Origin: an uncultured Acidobacteriota bacterium | GTDB lineage: Bacteria > Acidobacteriota > Thermoanaerobaculia > Gp7-AA8 | Direction: 5' to 3' | DNA length: 64,000 bases | Assembly: GCA_963741955.1 (NCBI GenBank) | Contig: CAVUKB010000006.1 | Location: forward strand, 64,001-128,000 | Program-made: the position numbers and the translations under genes | The notes under the pieces: generated by a model | Database searches by the model: none | What the model was told of the DNA's origin: nothing | The model's input: the letters and a program-made list of their open reading frames with translations, nothing else | Part shown: positions 47,617-57,380 of the stretch, in pieces | Layout: the number at the start of each line of letters is the position of its first letter | How positions within the stretch are numbered: position 1 is the first letter of the stretch

Positions 47617-49173
47617 TCAGAATGCGGCTGACAGATCCGGAGTCGGCAGGATGGTGGTCGGATCGCCGCTGGCGTTGTCGACCACCGAGCCATAGACGTA
47701 GATCGGCGCGGAGGCGGAGTAACTCAGCGTTCCGCTTTCGAGGTCGGCCGCGGTGTTGAACAGCCCGGTCGCCCCGATCAGGGGCGTCTGCATCTGCTCC
47801 CATGGCCCGAGAGTGAGGGTGCGGTTACCGACATCCGTTCCCGTCGCAGAGTGAAGAACCATATTGACCGCCACTGCCACGGGCGAAGCGTTGAAGAATC
47901 CGACATTGGCCCGCGTATTGAGCAGACCGGTACCTGACGTACCTACATCCGTGAGTCCCGTCAGAAGGCCCGCAGAGGACGAATCGCAGCGGTTCAACCC
48001 GGGCATCGATTGCCCGAACGTTCCGAGATTCAGGTTCCCCTGATCGTTGAAGATGCGGGCAGTGGCCGCCACATTTCCATCGGAGATGATCCGGAGCGCT
48101 CCCATCCCCTGAGCGTTCGGAAGGAGTTGGGACAGCTGTGTGAACGCGAGCGTTCCGCGTGCAGGAACGGTCTCGACCGCGGTCATCCCAGCGAACGTCG
48201 CGTCAGCCATCGCTCCTCGGGGGAAGAACTCGATGTACACCGGCGTGTCGGTCGTCGCGGACGCATTGTAGATCTGGATGTTGGTGTCCCAGTGGCTTCC
48301 GAGTGCACCCGGGAGACTTCCAACCGCCGGGATCACCACTTCGTTACCCAGTCCGAGCTGTGCTCGCACCGCACCATTCGGAAACGCCGCCGTGTTCGCC
48401 GTGAGGTAGTAGTCCGAAGGATTCGAGAGAATCTCGTTGGCGAGTGTGTCGGTGATCGGAACGGAGAGGGTGAGGCGGTTGTCGGTCGGAGTCAGATCCG
48501 ATCCGAGGGTCATCACCACCGGACCGTTCATGCCGGGCGCAGCCTGACGGAGCTGAAGCTGCGAGATGGAGCTCAGATCCGGCGTGCCGAGGAAATCGAC
48601 ATAGAGCGTAGGAGTGCCATTCGCGTCGCGCTGGATGCGCAGGATCGCGGTTCCGGTCGCACTCGTCGATCCCGGGGTGCCGATCACGTTGGCCCCGGTC
48701 GCGTTCACCAGCAGAACCCGATTGTCGACCAGGGCTCCCTGAATCGCTCCATTGGGATTCGCCGTCGTGTCGATCCTGATCGAGTACTGCCCGGGATTGG
48801 CGATGATGTCGTTCATCAGGCTGTCAGGGATGGTCTGCGCCAGCGTGAAGTTTCCTCCCTGATCGATGCTCTGACTGCCGGTGAGATCGAATACGACGTT
48901 GCCATTCGGACCGATGATGCTCACCCCGGTCACGCCGGTGAGTCCCGCCGTCGAGAGGTCGGCGAACAGAACGTGATTCGCGGTGTCGAGGCGGACGTTG
49001 GCCACGCCGGATCCGTTGAGCATTCCGAGCGGGGAGCCGAATTGCCGGCCTGCGAGGGTCGCACTGAACGAGGTTCCGTTGTTCGCTCCACAGCCGCTGA
49101 TCTCCGCAGAAGCGGTCGATCCGATGAACGTCGCCATCGCGACTGCCAATGTATAGATGAGTAGTTTTTTCAC
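47617..49173 (-). CDS. Secreted protein with two CHRD-like domains and the recurrent C-terminal domain
   Basis: GGAGG RBS, signal peptide; two repeats ending ANPGQYSIRIDTTANPNGAIQG and SNPSDYYLTANTAAFPNGAVRAQL; C-terminal IPAVGSLPGALGSHW...VVDNASGDP. Confidence 0.8.
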   Translation of the reverse strand: MKKLLIYTLAVAMATFIGSTASAEISGCGANNGTSFSATLAGRQFGSPLGMLNGSGVANVRLDTANHVLFADLSTAGLTGVTGVSIIGPNGNVVFDLTGSQSIDQGGNFTLAQTIPDSLMNDIIANPGQYSIRIDTTANPNGAIQGALVDNRVLLVNATGANVIGTPGSTSATGTAILRIQRDANGTPTLYVDFLGTPDLSSISQLQLRQAAPGMNGPVVMTLGSDLTPTDNRLTLSVPITDTLANEILSNPSDYYLTANTAAFPNGAVRAQLGLGNEVVIPAVGSLPGALGSHWDTNIQIYNASATTDTPVYIEFFPRGAMADATFAGMTAVETVPARGTLAFTQLSQLLPNAQGMGALRIISDGNVAATARIFNDQGNLNLGTFGQSMPGLNRCDSSSAGLLTGLTDVGTSGTGLLNTRANVGFFNASPVAVAVNMVLHSATGTDVGNRTLTLGPWEQMQTPLIGATGLFNTAADLESGTLSYSASAPIYVYGSVVDNASGDPTTILPTPDLSAAF

Positions 49174-49384
49174 CACAAGCCTCCTGATCGTCATGAATTG
49201 TCGACTGCTGAAACCGCCCCGGAAGAGGCGGTCGTGTCGGAGTTCGCGCCCCCATGACGCGAACCGCGTGCGGTCGGGAGGCGGTGCAAGTTCGACGCCT
49301 GTTATTTGCATTATTGGTGGGCTCGCCGGAGGCATGGGGTCAGGTCTTGAGAATCGAATCCGCACTCCTCGGCTCGGTATCTCC

Positions 49385-50432
49385 CTGGGGTGCGGATCCC
49401 GCCCCGCGGGATCCGCCGGCAGAATCTCGTTCTACGCGATGAAGACGGCGGCTACGGCTGCACGCGCAGCGTCAGCGAATCTCACGAAACCAGCTCCGCT
49501 TCTGCCGAGGATCGAACGTGTTCCAGGGGGTGCGGATCCTCAGATCCGCCGCGAAAACCGTGTTCAAGCGATGAAGACCGCGGCTACGGCTGTATGCGAA
49601 GCGTCTGTCTGTCTCGCGAGAAAGAAGCTTCGCTTCTGCCGAGGATCTGGATGATGCTGCGGTGGCGCTCGCGCCATGACTCGCGCGGCGGATCAGAGGA
49701 TCCGCACCCCTCGGGGCGGGATCCGCGCCCCTCGGAAAAGATCCGCACCCATCGGGGCGTGTTCCAGGGGGTGCGGATCCTCCGATCCGCCGCGAAAACC
49801 GTGTTCAAGCGATGAAGACCGCGGCTACGGCTGTATGCGAAGCGTCTGTCTGTCTCGCGAGAAAGAAGCTTCGCTTCTGCCAAGGATCTGGATGATGCTG
49901 CGGTCGCGCTCGCGCCATGACTCGCGCGGCGGATCAGAGGATCCGCACCCCTCGGGGCGGGATCCGCACCCCTCGGAAAAGATCCGCACCCCTCGGGGCG
50001 TGTTCCAGGGGGTGCGGATCCTCCGATCCGCCGCGAAAACCGTGTTCAAGCGATGAAGACCGCGGCTACGGCTGTATGCGAAGCGTCTGTCTGTCTCGCG
50101 AGAAAGAAGCTTCGCTTCTGCCAAGGATCTGGATGATGCTGCGGTCGCGCTCGCGCCATGACTCGCGCGGCGGATCAGAGGATCCGCATCCCTCGGGGCG
50201 GGATCCGCGCCCCTCGGAAAAGATCCGCCCCCATCGGGGCGTGTTCCAGGGGGTGCGGATCCTCCGATCCGCCGCGAAAACCGTGTTCAAGCGATGAAGA
50301 CCGCGGCTACGGCTGTATGCGAAGCGTCTGTCTGTCTCGCGAGAAAGAAGCTTCGCTTCTGCCAAGGATCTGGGTGATGCTGCGGTCGCGCACGAGCCGT
50401 GATCCGCGCGGCGGATTACGAATCCGCACTCC
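49385..50432. repeat. Tandem array of 241-bp REPIN/BIME-like units (about 4 plus a degenerate one), reverse-complement homolog of the 41.2-kb array
   Basis: Units begin at 49517, 49758, 49999 and 50240; REP GGGGTGCGGATCCTCCGATCCGCCGCG. Confidence 0.92.
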
Positions 50433-50477
50433 CGGCGCGGCCGAACAACTCGCCGCTCACCGCTCGCCACTCACCGC

Positions 50478-52388
50478 TCACCGATTCGCGGCTTCAGCGA
50501 GGTTCGGCGAGAGGACGAACTTCTTCACCCTCGTGGCGATCCCATCCGAGTGGAGGTCGTACTGCGCACGGAGAACGTCCTGCGTCCCGTGGTGCACGTA
50601 CTCGTCGGGAATGCCGATGCGGTGGAAGCTCACGTCCGGGAGATCGAGCTGTTGCACTCGTTCCATGATCGCGGAGCCGAAGCCGCCGGCAAGCGACCCC
50701 TCTTCGACCGTGATCACTTTCGCTCCGGGCGTGCAGTAACGGATCACCAGGTCGTCGTCGATCGGCTTGATGAACCGCGCATTGATCACCGCGACGTCGA
50801 TGCCTTCCTCGCGAGCGAGCTTCTCCGCGGCGCGGAACGCCGGCCAGACCTCGTTTCCGATCGCGAAGATCACCGCGTTCTTCCCTTCCCGCAGCACTTC
50901 GCCCTTCCCGATCGGAAGCGAGTGCATCTCGGGATCGATCTGCACTCCCTCCGCCGCGCCGCGGGGGTATCGGAGAGAGGTCGGATGGCCGCTCTCGAAC
51001 GCCGTCTTCAGCATGTGCCGGAGCTCGTTTTCGTCTTTGGGCGCCATGCAGATCATGTTCGGGAAGAGCCGCAGGTACGCCATGTCGTAGATCCCGTGAT
51101 GGGTCGGCCCGTCGGCCCCGGCGATGCCGGCGCGGTCGAGCGCGAAGACGACCGGAAGATCCATGATCGCCACGTCGTGGAACACCTGATCGAATGCGCG
51201 CTGCAGGAACGTCGAATAGATCGCCGCGATCGGCTTCAGCCCCTGCGTCGCCAGCCCTCCGGAAAACGTGATCGCATGTTCCTCGGCGATCCCGACGTCG
51301 TACATCCGTTCCGGATACGCCTTCTTGAACTTGTCCAGACCGGTGCCTTCGGGCATCGCGGCGGTCATCGCGACGATCCGCTCGTCTTCGGCTGCCAGCT
51401 CGATCAGGGCCTGCGCGAAAACCGAGGTGTAGCTCGGCGCCGACGGCTTGTCGGACTTCTTCGCCTCGCCGGACTTGATGTCGAACGGCGTCACTCCGTG
51501 CGACCAGATCGGCTTGTCCTCTGCGGGGTGATATCCCTTCCCCTTCTTGGTCAGGACGTGGATCAGCACCGGCCCGTCGTAGTCTTTCGTCCGCTGCAGG
51601 ACATCGATCAGCAGGTTCAGATCGTGGCCGTCGTACGGTCCGAGATACTTGAATCCGAGCTCCTCGAACAGGAGCCCCGGAACGACCATGTGCTTGACCA
51701 TCTCCTCCACGTCGGAGGCGAGGCCGTGGATCTTTCCACCCACCACCGGAATCCGGTCCATCACCCGCTTCGCGAGGTCCTTCATCACGATGTACTTCTG
51801 GCCCTTGATGATCTGGTTCAGATAGCCCGAGATCGCTCCGACGTTCGTCGAGATCGACATTTCGTTGTCGTTCAGGACGATGATCATCTTCTTCTTCAGG
51901 TGACCGGCCTGGTTCAGACCTTCGAGTGCGAGACCTCCCGAGAGCGCACCGTCGCCGATGATGGCGGCGACCCGGTAATCCTCTTTCCGGAAGTCGCGTC
52001 CGGCCGCGATCCCGAGCGCTGCGGAGATGGACGTCGAGGCATGTCCCGCGTTGAAGACGTCGTAGACCGACTCCTCACGCTTGCAGAATCCGGAGATCCC
52101 GTCGTGCTGCCGGATGGTGTGGAACCGATCGCGCCGGCCGGTGATCAGCTTGTGCGGATAGCTCTGGTGGCCGGTGTCGAGCACCAGCTGATCGCGCGGG
52201 GTGTCGAGGACGTAGTGGAGCGCGAGGGTCAGCTCGACGATACCGAGATTTCCGCCGAAGTGGCCTCCGAGCTGGGAAACCACGTCGATGATCTGATCCC
52301 GGATCTCCTGAGCGACCTGCGGAAGTTGGGAAGGATCGAGCTTGCGCAGGTCGTGCGGAGAATCGATCGAGTCGAGAAGTCTTGCCAT
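50478..52388 (-). CDS. dxs: 1-deoxy-D-xylulose-5-phosphate synthase
   Basis: GGHFG.NLG, GHQSYPHK, GDG...GG..LEGLN, DVGIAEEH, YSTFLQRAFDQ, DGPTHHG. Confidence 0.98.
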   Translation of the reverse strand: MARLLDSIDSPHDLRKLDPSQLPQVAQEIRDQIIDVVSQLGGHFGGNLGIVELTLALHYVLDTPRDQLVLDTGHQSYPHKLITGRRDRFHTIRQHDGISGFCKREESVYDVFNAGHASTSISAALGIAAGRDFRKEDYRVAAIIGDGALSGGLALEGLNQAGHLKKKMIIVLNDNEMSISTNVGAISGYLNQIIKGQKYIVMKDLAKRVMDRIPVVGGKIHGLASDVEEMVKHMVVPGLLFEELGFKYLGPYDGHDLNLLIDVLQRTKDYDGPVLIHVLTKKGKGYHPAEDKPIWSHGVTPFDIKSGEAKKSDKPSAPSYTSVFAQALIELAAEDERIVAMTAAMPEGTGLDKFKKAYPERMYDVGIAEEHAITFSGGLATQGLKPIAAIYSTFLQRAFDQVFHDVAIMDLPVVFALDRAGIAGADGPTHHGIYDMAYLRLFPNMICMAPKDENELRHMLKTAFESGHPTSLRYPRGAAEGVQIDPEMHSLPIGKGEVLREGKNAVIFAIGNEVWPAFRAAEKLAREEGIDVAVINARFIKPIDDDLVIRYCTPGAKVITVEEGSLAGGFGSAIMERVQQLDLPDVSFHRIGIPDEYVHHGTQDVLRAQYDLHSDGIATRVKKFVLSPNLAEAANR

Positions 52389-52434
52389 CTGTTCTGCCTG
52401 AAACTGAAGTCGTGGACACACCCTGGCCGAAGGG

Positions 52435-53349
52435 TCAGGATCTCCGTTCGATGATGTAACGTGCGATGGGTCCCAGATAGTTCACCGGACCCCCGATGGT
52501 ATCAGCACTTCCGACGGCTTCCTCGAGGAGTGCGGCGGCCCGGTTGCGTGCCTCCTCCACCCCGAAAAGCGCCGGGTAGGTCAGCTTTCCCTGCGCGACG
52601 TCCTTTCCGGCCGTCTTTCCCAGCGTCGCCGCCGACTCTTCGATGTCGAGAAGATCGTCGACGATCTGAAACGCGAGGCCGACCGCGCGGCCGTACCGCT
52701 CCAGTTCCCGCAGGACGCTCTCGTGGGCTCCGGCGAGGATGCCTCCCAGCATCACCGCCCCGGTGATCAGTGCTCCGGTCTTGTTCTCGTGGATGAACGA
52801 GAGCGTGCCGGCGAGAAGCTTGCGGTCGGAGGTTCGCTCCTGCATCCGCTCGCTCTCGAGATCCGCGACCTGGCCCCCGATCATCCCTTGCGAATCGACC
52901 GCACTGGCGACGACGGCCAGCCCGCGCAGCTGCCGGTCGGCAGGAACGCCTCTCGCCGGTTTGGAGAGCCAGCTCATTGCCTCCGTCAGGAGCGCATCGC
53001 CGGTGAGGATCGCCAGCGCCTCTCCGAAGACCACGTGGACCGTCTTACGGCCTCTCCGCAGTTCGTCGTCGTCGAGTGCCGGCAGGTCGTCATGGACCAG
53101 CGAATACGTGTGAATCAGCTCCAGTGCCGCGAACTGCTGCATCCACGGCTCGGTCTCGACGCCGCAGCTCTCCGCGGCGGCAATGGCGAGGATCGGCCGG
53201 AGGCGCTTCCCGCCTCCGAGGACGGCATAGCGCATCGCCTTGTGGATCGATTCCGGAGGGGTGTTGTCCGGCGGAAGCCACTGCGCAATCGCGGCGTCGA
53301 CGCGATCGCGCTGCCGCCGCAGGTAATCCTGGACGTCGATGTCTCCCAT
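52435..53349 (-). CDS. ispA: Polyprenyl (farnesyl/geranylgeranyl) diphosphate synthase
   Basis: GGKRLRP, HDDLPALDDDELRRG, KTGAL, FQIVDDLLD, GKTAGKD. Confidence 0.95.
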   Translation of the reverse strand: MGDIDVQDYLRRQRDRVDAAIAQWLPPDNTPPESIHKAMRYAVLGGGKRLRPILAIAAAESCGVETEPWMQQFAALELIHTYSLVHDDLPALDDDELRRGRKTVHVVFGEALAILTGDALLTEAMSWLSKPARGVPADRQLRGLAVVASAVDSQGMIGGQVADLESERMQERTSDRKLLAGTLSFIHENKTGALITGAVMLGGILAGAHESVLRELERYGRAVGLAFQIVDDLLDIEESAATLGKTAGKDVAQGKLTYPALFGVEEARNRAAALLEEAVGSADTIGGPVNYLGPIARYIIERRS

Positions 53350-53469
53350 GACGGGCGGGAGTCTATCATCACGCACAGGCGGACAGCCCGGCCGGCAAGC
53401 CCGATCCCGGCTTCGAACGGTACAAGTCCTTGACACACTCCTCCTCCCCTTCGAAACTGGTCCGGTCCG

Positions 53470-54939
53470 ATGGCCACCCGTCACGTCTATCAGGTCAGCG
53501 ATCTCCTCACCGAGATCAACGACGTCCTCTCGAGCTACTTCGACATCTCCGTCGAAGGAGAGGTGACGAACTTCACCCGCGCGTCATCGGGGCACCTCTA
53601 TTTCTCGATCAAAGACGCGAAGGCGCAGCTCTCGGTGGTGATGTTCGCCACCTCCGCTCGGGGACTGAAGTTCCGGATCGAGAACGGCCTGAAGCTGATC
53701 CTCCGCGGCCGGCTGAAGATCTACGAGCCGCGCGGCACGTTCCAGTTCATGGCGGACTCCGCGGAGCCCGCCGGACTCGGTGCTCTGCAGCTCGCGTTCG
53801 AGCAGCTCAAAGCGAAGCTCCAGGCGGAAGGGCTCTTCGACCCGTCGCGAAAGAAACCGATTCCCGCTCTTCCGCAGCGCATCGCGGTGATCACCAGCCC
53901 GACCGGCGCCGCAGTGCGGGACATCGTGAACGTTCTGACCCGCCGCTTCGACGGCCTCTCGATTCAGATGTATCCCGTCCGCGTTCAGGGCACCGCGGCG
54001 GCGCGGGAGATCGCGAACGCGCTCCGCGACCTTTCGCGGTGGGACATCCACGACGTGGTCCTGATCTGCCGCGGGGGAGGCTCGCTCGAAGACCTCTGGC
54101 CGTTCAACGAGGAGATCGTGGCGCGCGCGGTGGCGGCGTGCCGGATCCCGACGATCTCCGGTGTCGGTCACGAGGTCGACTTCACGATCTGTGATTTCGT
54201 CGCAGATCTGCGGGCGCCGACCCCTTCCGCCGCCGCGGAGATCGTCATCCGGGCGAAGGCGGATCTCTGCACGCAGATCGATCATTCCGTGGTGCGGATC
54301 AGGCGAGTCTTCGAAGGACGCGTGGAGCGTTTCCGCACGTCGCTCCGGCACTTCGCGTCGTCCGACGGACTGGGCCGCGTTCCGGCCCGCGTCGCCGGAC
54401 GGCGCGAGCGGCTCCAGAACCGCCGCGTCCTTCTCTACCGCCTTCTGGAGGGAGAAGCGCGCGCGCTGCGCCAGCGGCTCACCCGCACCGAGACGCCGCT
54501 GAAGAGCTTTCCGGCGCGGCTCGCGCTGCGTAACCGGCTGAATTACGTCGCAGCGCTGCGCCAACGAATCGCTCGCGCAGAGCGCGTACGGCTCGAGCGG
54601 CATCGGCGTCAGCTCGAATCGACCATGGGGACCCTGCAGGCGGTCTCTCCTCTCTCCGTCGTCGCGCGCGGATACGCGATCGCATTCGCCATTCGGAACG
54701 GGAGACGCCAGCTTCTGATCGATTCGATGTCCGTCGCGATCGGGGATCCGATCGAGCTCCAGCTCAAGAAGGGAAGCCTCTCTACGACGGTCGACGGCCA
54801 CACACTGGGGCTGGAGACGCTCTGGCCCGAGACGAAGGCCGAGATGCCCGCCGCGGAGCCCGTCGCAAAAGATGATGCCGGTTCGTCCGGCGAAACCACG
54901 TCCGAGGAGATCACCGATGGCGCGCCAGCGCGGCAATGA
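53470..54939 (+). CDS. xseA: Exodeoxyribonuclease VII large subunit
   Basis: SGHLYFSIKD, ITSPTGAAVRD, RGGGSLEDLWPFNEE, GVGHEVDFT. Confidence 0.97.
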   Translation: MATRHVYQVSDLLTEINDVLSSYFDISVEGEVTNFTRASSGHLYFSIKDAKAQLSVVMFATSARGLKFRIENGLKLILRGRLKIYEPRGTFQFMADSAEPAGLGALQLAFEQLKAKLQAEGLFDPSRKKPIPALPQRIAVITSPTGAAVRDIVNVLTRRFDGLSIQMYPVRVQGTAAAREIANALRDLSRWDIHDVVLICRGGGSLEDLWPFNEEIVARAVAACRIPTISGVGHEVDFTICDFVADLRAPTPSAAAEIVIRAKADLCTQIDHSVVRIRRVFEGRVERFRTSLRHFASSDGLGRVPARVAGRRERLQNRRVLLYRLLEGEARALRQRLTRTETPLKSFPARLALRNRLNYVAALRQRIARAERVRLERHRRQLESTMGTLQAVSPLSVVARGYAIAFAIRNGRRQLLIDSMSVAIGDPIELQLKKGSLSTTVDGHTLGLETLWPETKAEMPAAEPVAKDDAGSSGETTSEEITDGAPARQ

Positions 54940-55168
54940 ATTCGAAAAGGCGTTTCAGCAGCTCGAGAAGATCGTTCAGCGTCTCGAAGGGGAAGAGCTC
55001 TCCCTGGACGAGTCGCTCAAGCTCTTCGAAGAAGGGATCCGGCTTTCACGCTTCTGCCATCAGAAGCTTTCGGATGTCGAGAAGAAGATCGAGCTGATTC
55101 TTTCGGATGCCGATGGCGAGCCGGTGATGGAGCCGTTCGAGAGCGACGAGGTGGAAGAAGAGGTGTGA
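54917..55168 (+). CDS. xseB: Exodeoxyribonuclease VII small subunit
   Basis: FEKAFQQLEKIVQRLE..ELSLDESLKLFEEG. Confidence 0.96.
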   Translation: MARQRGNEFEKAFQQLEKIVQRLEGEELSLDESLKLFEEGIRLSRFCHQKLSDVEKKIELILSDADGEPVMEPFESDEVEEEV

Positions 55169-55494
55169 GGAGAGAGGGAGAGACGGGGATTCCTTCCGAC
55201 TCCGGAGCGCGATTTTCTGAAGACTGACCGCTCCTCACAATTCGCCCTGGCGGCGCCTCGTCCCAAGAGACACCCGGTCCACGTTTCGTCACGCGGCGGG
55301 TGCGGACTTCGCTCCGGTCTCGATCAACACCAGCTCAGCCGAGTCGCGTTCGCTCGAAGGTTTGACGGGTCCAACTGAGAAGCGAAGGTATGCCCGGTTT
55401 CTTCCTCCAGTTCACCTCAAGGCCTACAATGGCAGCATGCTTTGCCCGCCGGCAAGGGGCATGTCTGTTATCCCCCGGCTCGCGAGGCAGTGAT

Positions 55495-56214
55495 CTACCA
55501 CCCGCCGCCGGTATTTGCAACGCACGTGCAACTGTAGTCGTTGCAGCATGCGTAGTAACCGGCGGCACATTTCACAGTACACGAACGATGGTACGTAACG
55601 CTGCCACCCGCGACATCCCACTCGACCGTGCATTCGGTTGATCCTTTCCCTCCAGATCGACAGCTCGCCGAGTCGCTATCCGCGCCGAACGGATCTTGAT
55701 AGTAAGGAGTGGCGCTCAACGGCTGTATGCTCCCGATCTGCGGGTTTTCCGTCTGCGGGGAGAACGCCATGAGGACATCCGTGAGCGTGATAGACCTCGT
55801 AGTCACATCGTACCAAGATAGCTGGTAGCCTTCCGCCTGCGTGACGCTGAACCCCGCAGGCCATGTGCGATTGACATCTGGCTGGCCCGCGACGCTGAAT
55901 GAAAATATCTGGCGCGTCGTGGCCGAGATCACGCGCACGTATTCGCTGTCATACTCGACGTGCGCGTTCTTAAGAATCAAGGACACGGCCGGTCCCGGCA
56001 TGCCGGAGACGAACACGAAGCCATAGTCAACCAGGCCCGCGTGGTCTGCACGACCGGTGTCGACACCGATGAAGGCGCGGCCGCCGTGCGTTGCGACTGC
56101 AACGTCCCCCTGCAGCGACTTCGCATGCGCAGGCGTCACGATCGCAAGCACGCCCGCCATCATGGCCGCTGCGAGAATCCACTTGCTCTGGTTCTTCACA
56201 CATCTTTTTTGCAT
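55495..56214 (-). CDS. Secreted hypothetical protein with an 8-cysteine C-terminal module
   Basis: Signal peptide ending AHA; C-terminus CRSGG.GSTEC...CTVKCAAGYYACC..CTC; composition differs from flanking genes. Confidence 0.7.
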   Translation of the reverse strand: MQKRCVKNQSKWILAAAMMAGVLAIVTPAHAKSLQGDVAVATHGGRAFIGVDTGRADHAGLVDYGFVFVSGMPGPAVSLILKNAHVEYDSEYVRVISATTRQIFSFSVAGQPDVNRTWPAGFSVTQAEGYQLSWYDVTTRSITLTDVLMAFSPQTENPQIGSIQPLSATPYYQDPFGADSDSASCRSGGKGSTECTVEWDVAGGSVTYHRSCTVKCAAGYYACCNDYSCTCVANTGGGW

Positions 56215-56308
56215 ATGTCTCTGCGATTTGATCGATTCTACTCATCGTACTGACGGCACCGTGAGTCGTCAAGGGCAACTCTAGGCAGAGGGCCAGCCGC
56301 TTTCCTCG

Positions 56309-56369
56309 TGGCCCGCGCCGCGGGCCGCGGCTTCCGTCGCTGCCGGCACGGCACGAGCCCCGCGGCCCC
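56309..56369. repeat. Direct repeat copy 1 (36-bp identical core 56324-56359), attC-like hairpin remnant
   Basis: GCCGCGGCTTCCGTCGCTGCCGGCACGGCACGAGCC identical to 57863-57898. Confidence 0.75.
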
Positions 56370-56569
56370 ACGCGCGGGCCTCCTCCACACCTCTCGAGCG
56401 ACCCCCACTCGGTGCTCAGAGCGTGGACAAGCGTGTTTCTCACCGAGCCATAGCTTCCTGCGACCGGCTTGCAGAATTCCTCGGGGGAGAGAGACGAGAC
56501 GACTCCAAAGAGCCTTCTGTTGGCCCAGTAGCTGTAGTCGAACAGTGTCTCCAGGTCGGCTTTGATCAT
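56370..56569 (-). pseudogene. Truncated DinB-family gene (N-terminal half)
   Basis: LFDYSYWANRRL...GSVRNTLVH; the frame runs into the repeat and the C-terminal HxxxH half is lost. Confidence 0.7.
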
Positions 56570-56623
56570 GTCAGACTCCATCGATTCGTATCGGACCGTG
56601 ATCCGTCGGATTCGTGCATCCGG

Positions 56624-57313
56624 ATGCGAGGGGGACGTCGTGAGGAAGTGCAGCGTTATGCGGATGGTGAGCTCGATGATCTGAGCGTCGCAGAGGCCCA
56701 TCTCCGCGAATGCGCGGCTTGCGCGAGCGCCGTTCTCGGCGAGATGCAGCTCAAGAGAGCGGTGGGCGACGTGGGGCGTTTCGTTCCTTCCGACCTTCTG
56801 CGGGCGCGGGTCAAGCGTCGCGTCACCGGTTGGCGGCTTCCGTCGCTGATTCCGCTCGTGGCCGGCATGGCAGCCGTCATCATCGGCGCTTTCGTGTTGA
56901 CCGGGACGTTCGGCAAATCTGCGTCGGGGCGCGAGCTGGCTGACCTCCACGCCACGATTCTGGCCAGCGCCAATCCGGTCGACGTCCTTTCTACGGACAG
57001 GCATACGGTCAAGCCGTGGTTCGAAGGAAGGCTGCCATTCTCCTTTCCGATTCCGGAGATGAGCGGAACGCCGTATCACGTAATCGGCGGACGAGTGGTC
57101 TATGTGCACAACCAGCCGGTGGCCTACATAATGGTCGGGAAGGCCAGGCACCGCCTGTCACTGTTCGTGGCGATGACGGATCTGCCGACCGCCAAAATGC
57201 GCGAGTTCGAATGTGTCAGTTGGAGCAATGGTGGTCTGAACTACGTGCTGGTCGGTGATGTGCCACGCACGGACCTGAATGCGTTGCGGGAATTGTTCGT
57301 CGCAAAACGCTAG
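56624..57313 (+). CDS. Transmembrane anti-sigma factor (zf-HC2 N-terminus, periplasmic domain)
   Basis: YADGEL, HLRECAAC, TM helix, DVLSTDRHTVKPWF.G.L.F, GGR..Y; start uncertain. Confidence 0.8.
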   Translation: MRGGRREEVQRYADGELDDLSVAEAHLRECAACASAVLGEMQLKRAVGDVGRFVPSDLLRARVKRRVTGWRLPSLIPLVAGMAAVIIGAFVLTGTFGKSASGRELADLHATILASANPVDVLSTDRHTVKPWFEGRLPFSFPIPEMSGTPYHVIGGRVVYVHNQPVAYIMVGKARHRLSLFVAMTDLPTAKMREFECVSWSNGGLNYVLVGDVPRTDLNALRELFVAKR

Positions 57314-57380
57314 CCTCCGGTAGCCTGCATTTCCCACGGCCGCGGACGGCCCTCTGCAGCCAGCGTCATGGGGGGCGATG

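Noticed and set aside
50550-52454. Long antisense ORFs (e.g. 50550-52454, 20141-22222 portion, 36710-38464, 43108-44505 portion, 16767-18344, 28354-29796)
   Set aside because: Shadow ORFs opposite well-supported genes, expected in high-GC DNA.
56027-57151. 374-aa ORF as a single gene
   Set aside because: It is a composite of anti-sigma antisense sequence, a DinB fragment, the repeat and an off-frame overlap with the Cys-rich gene.
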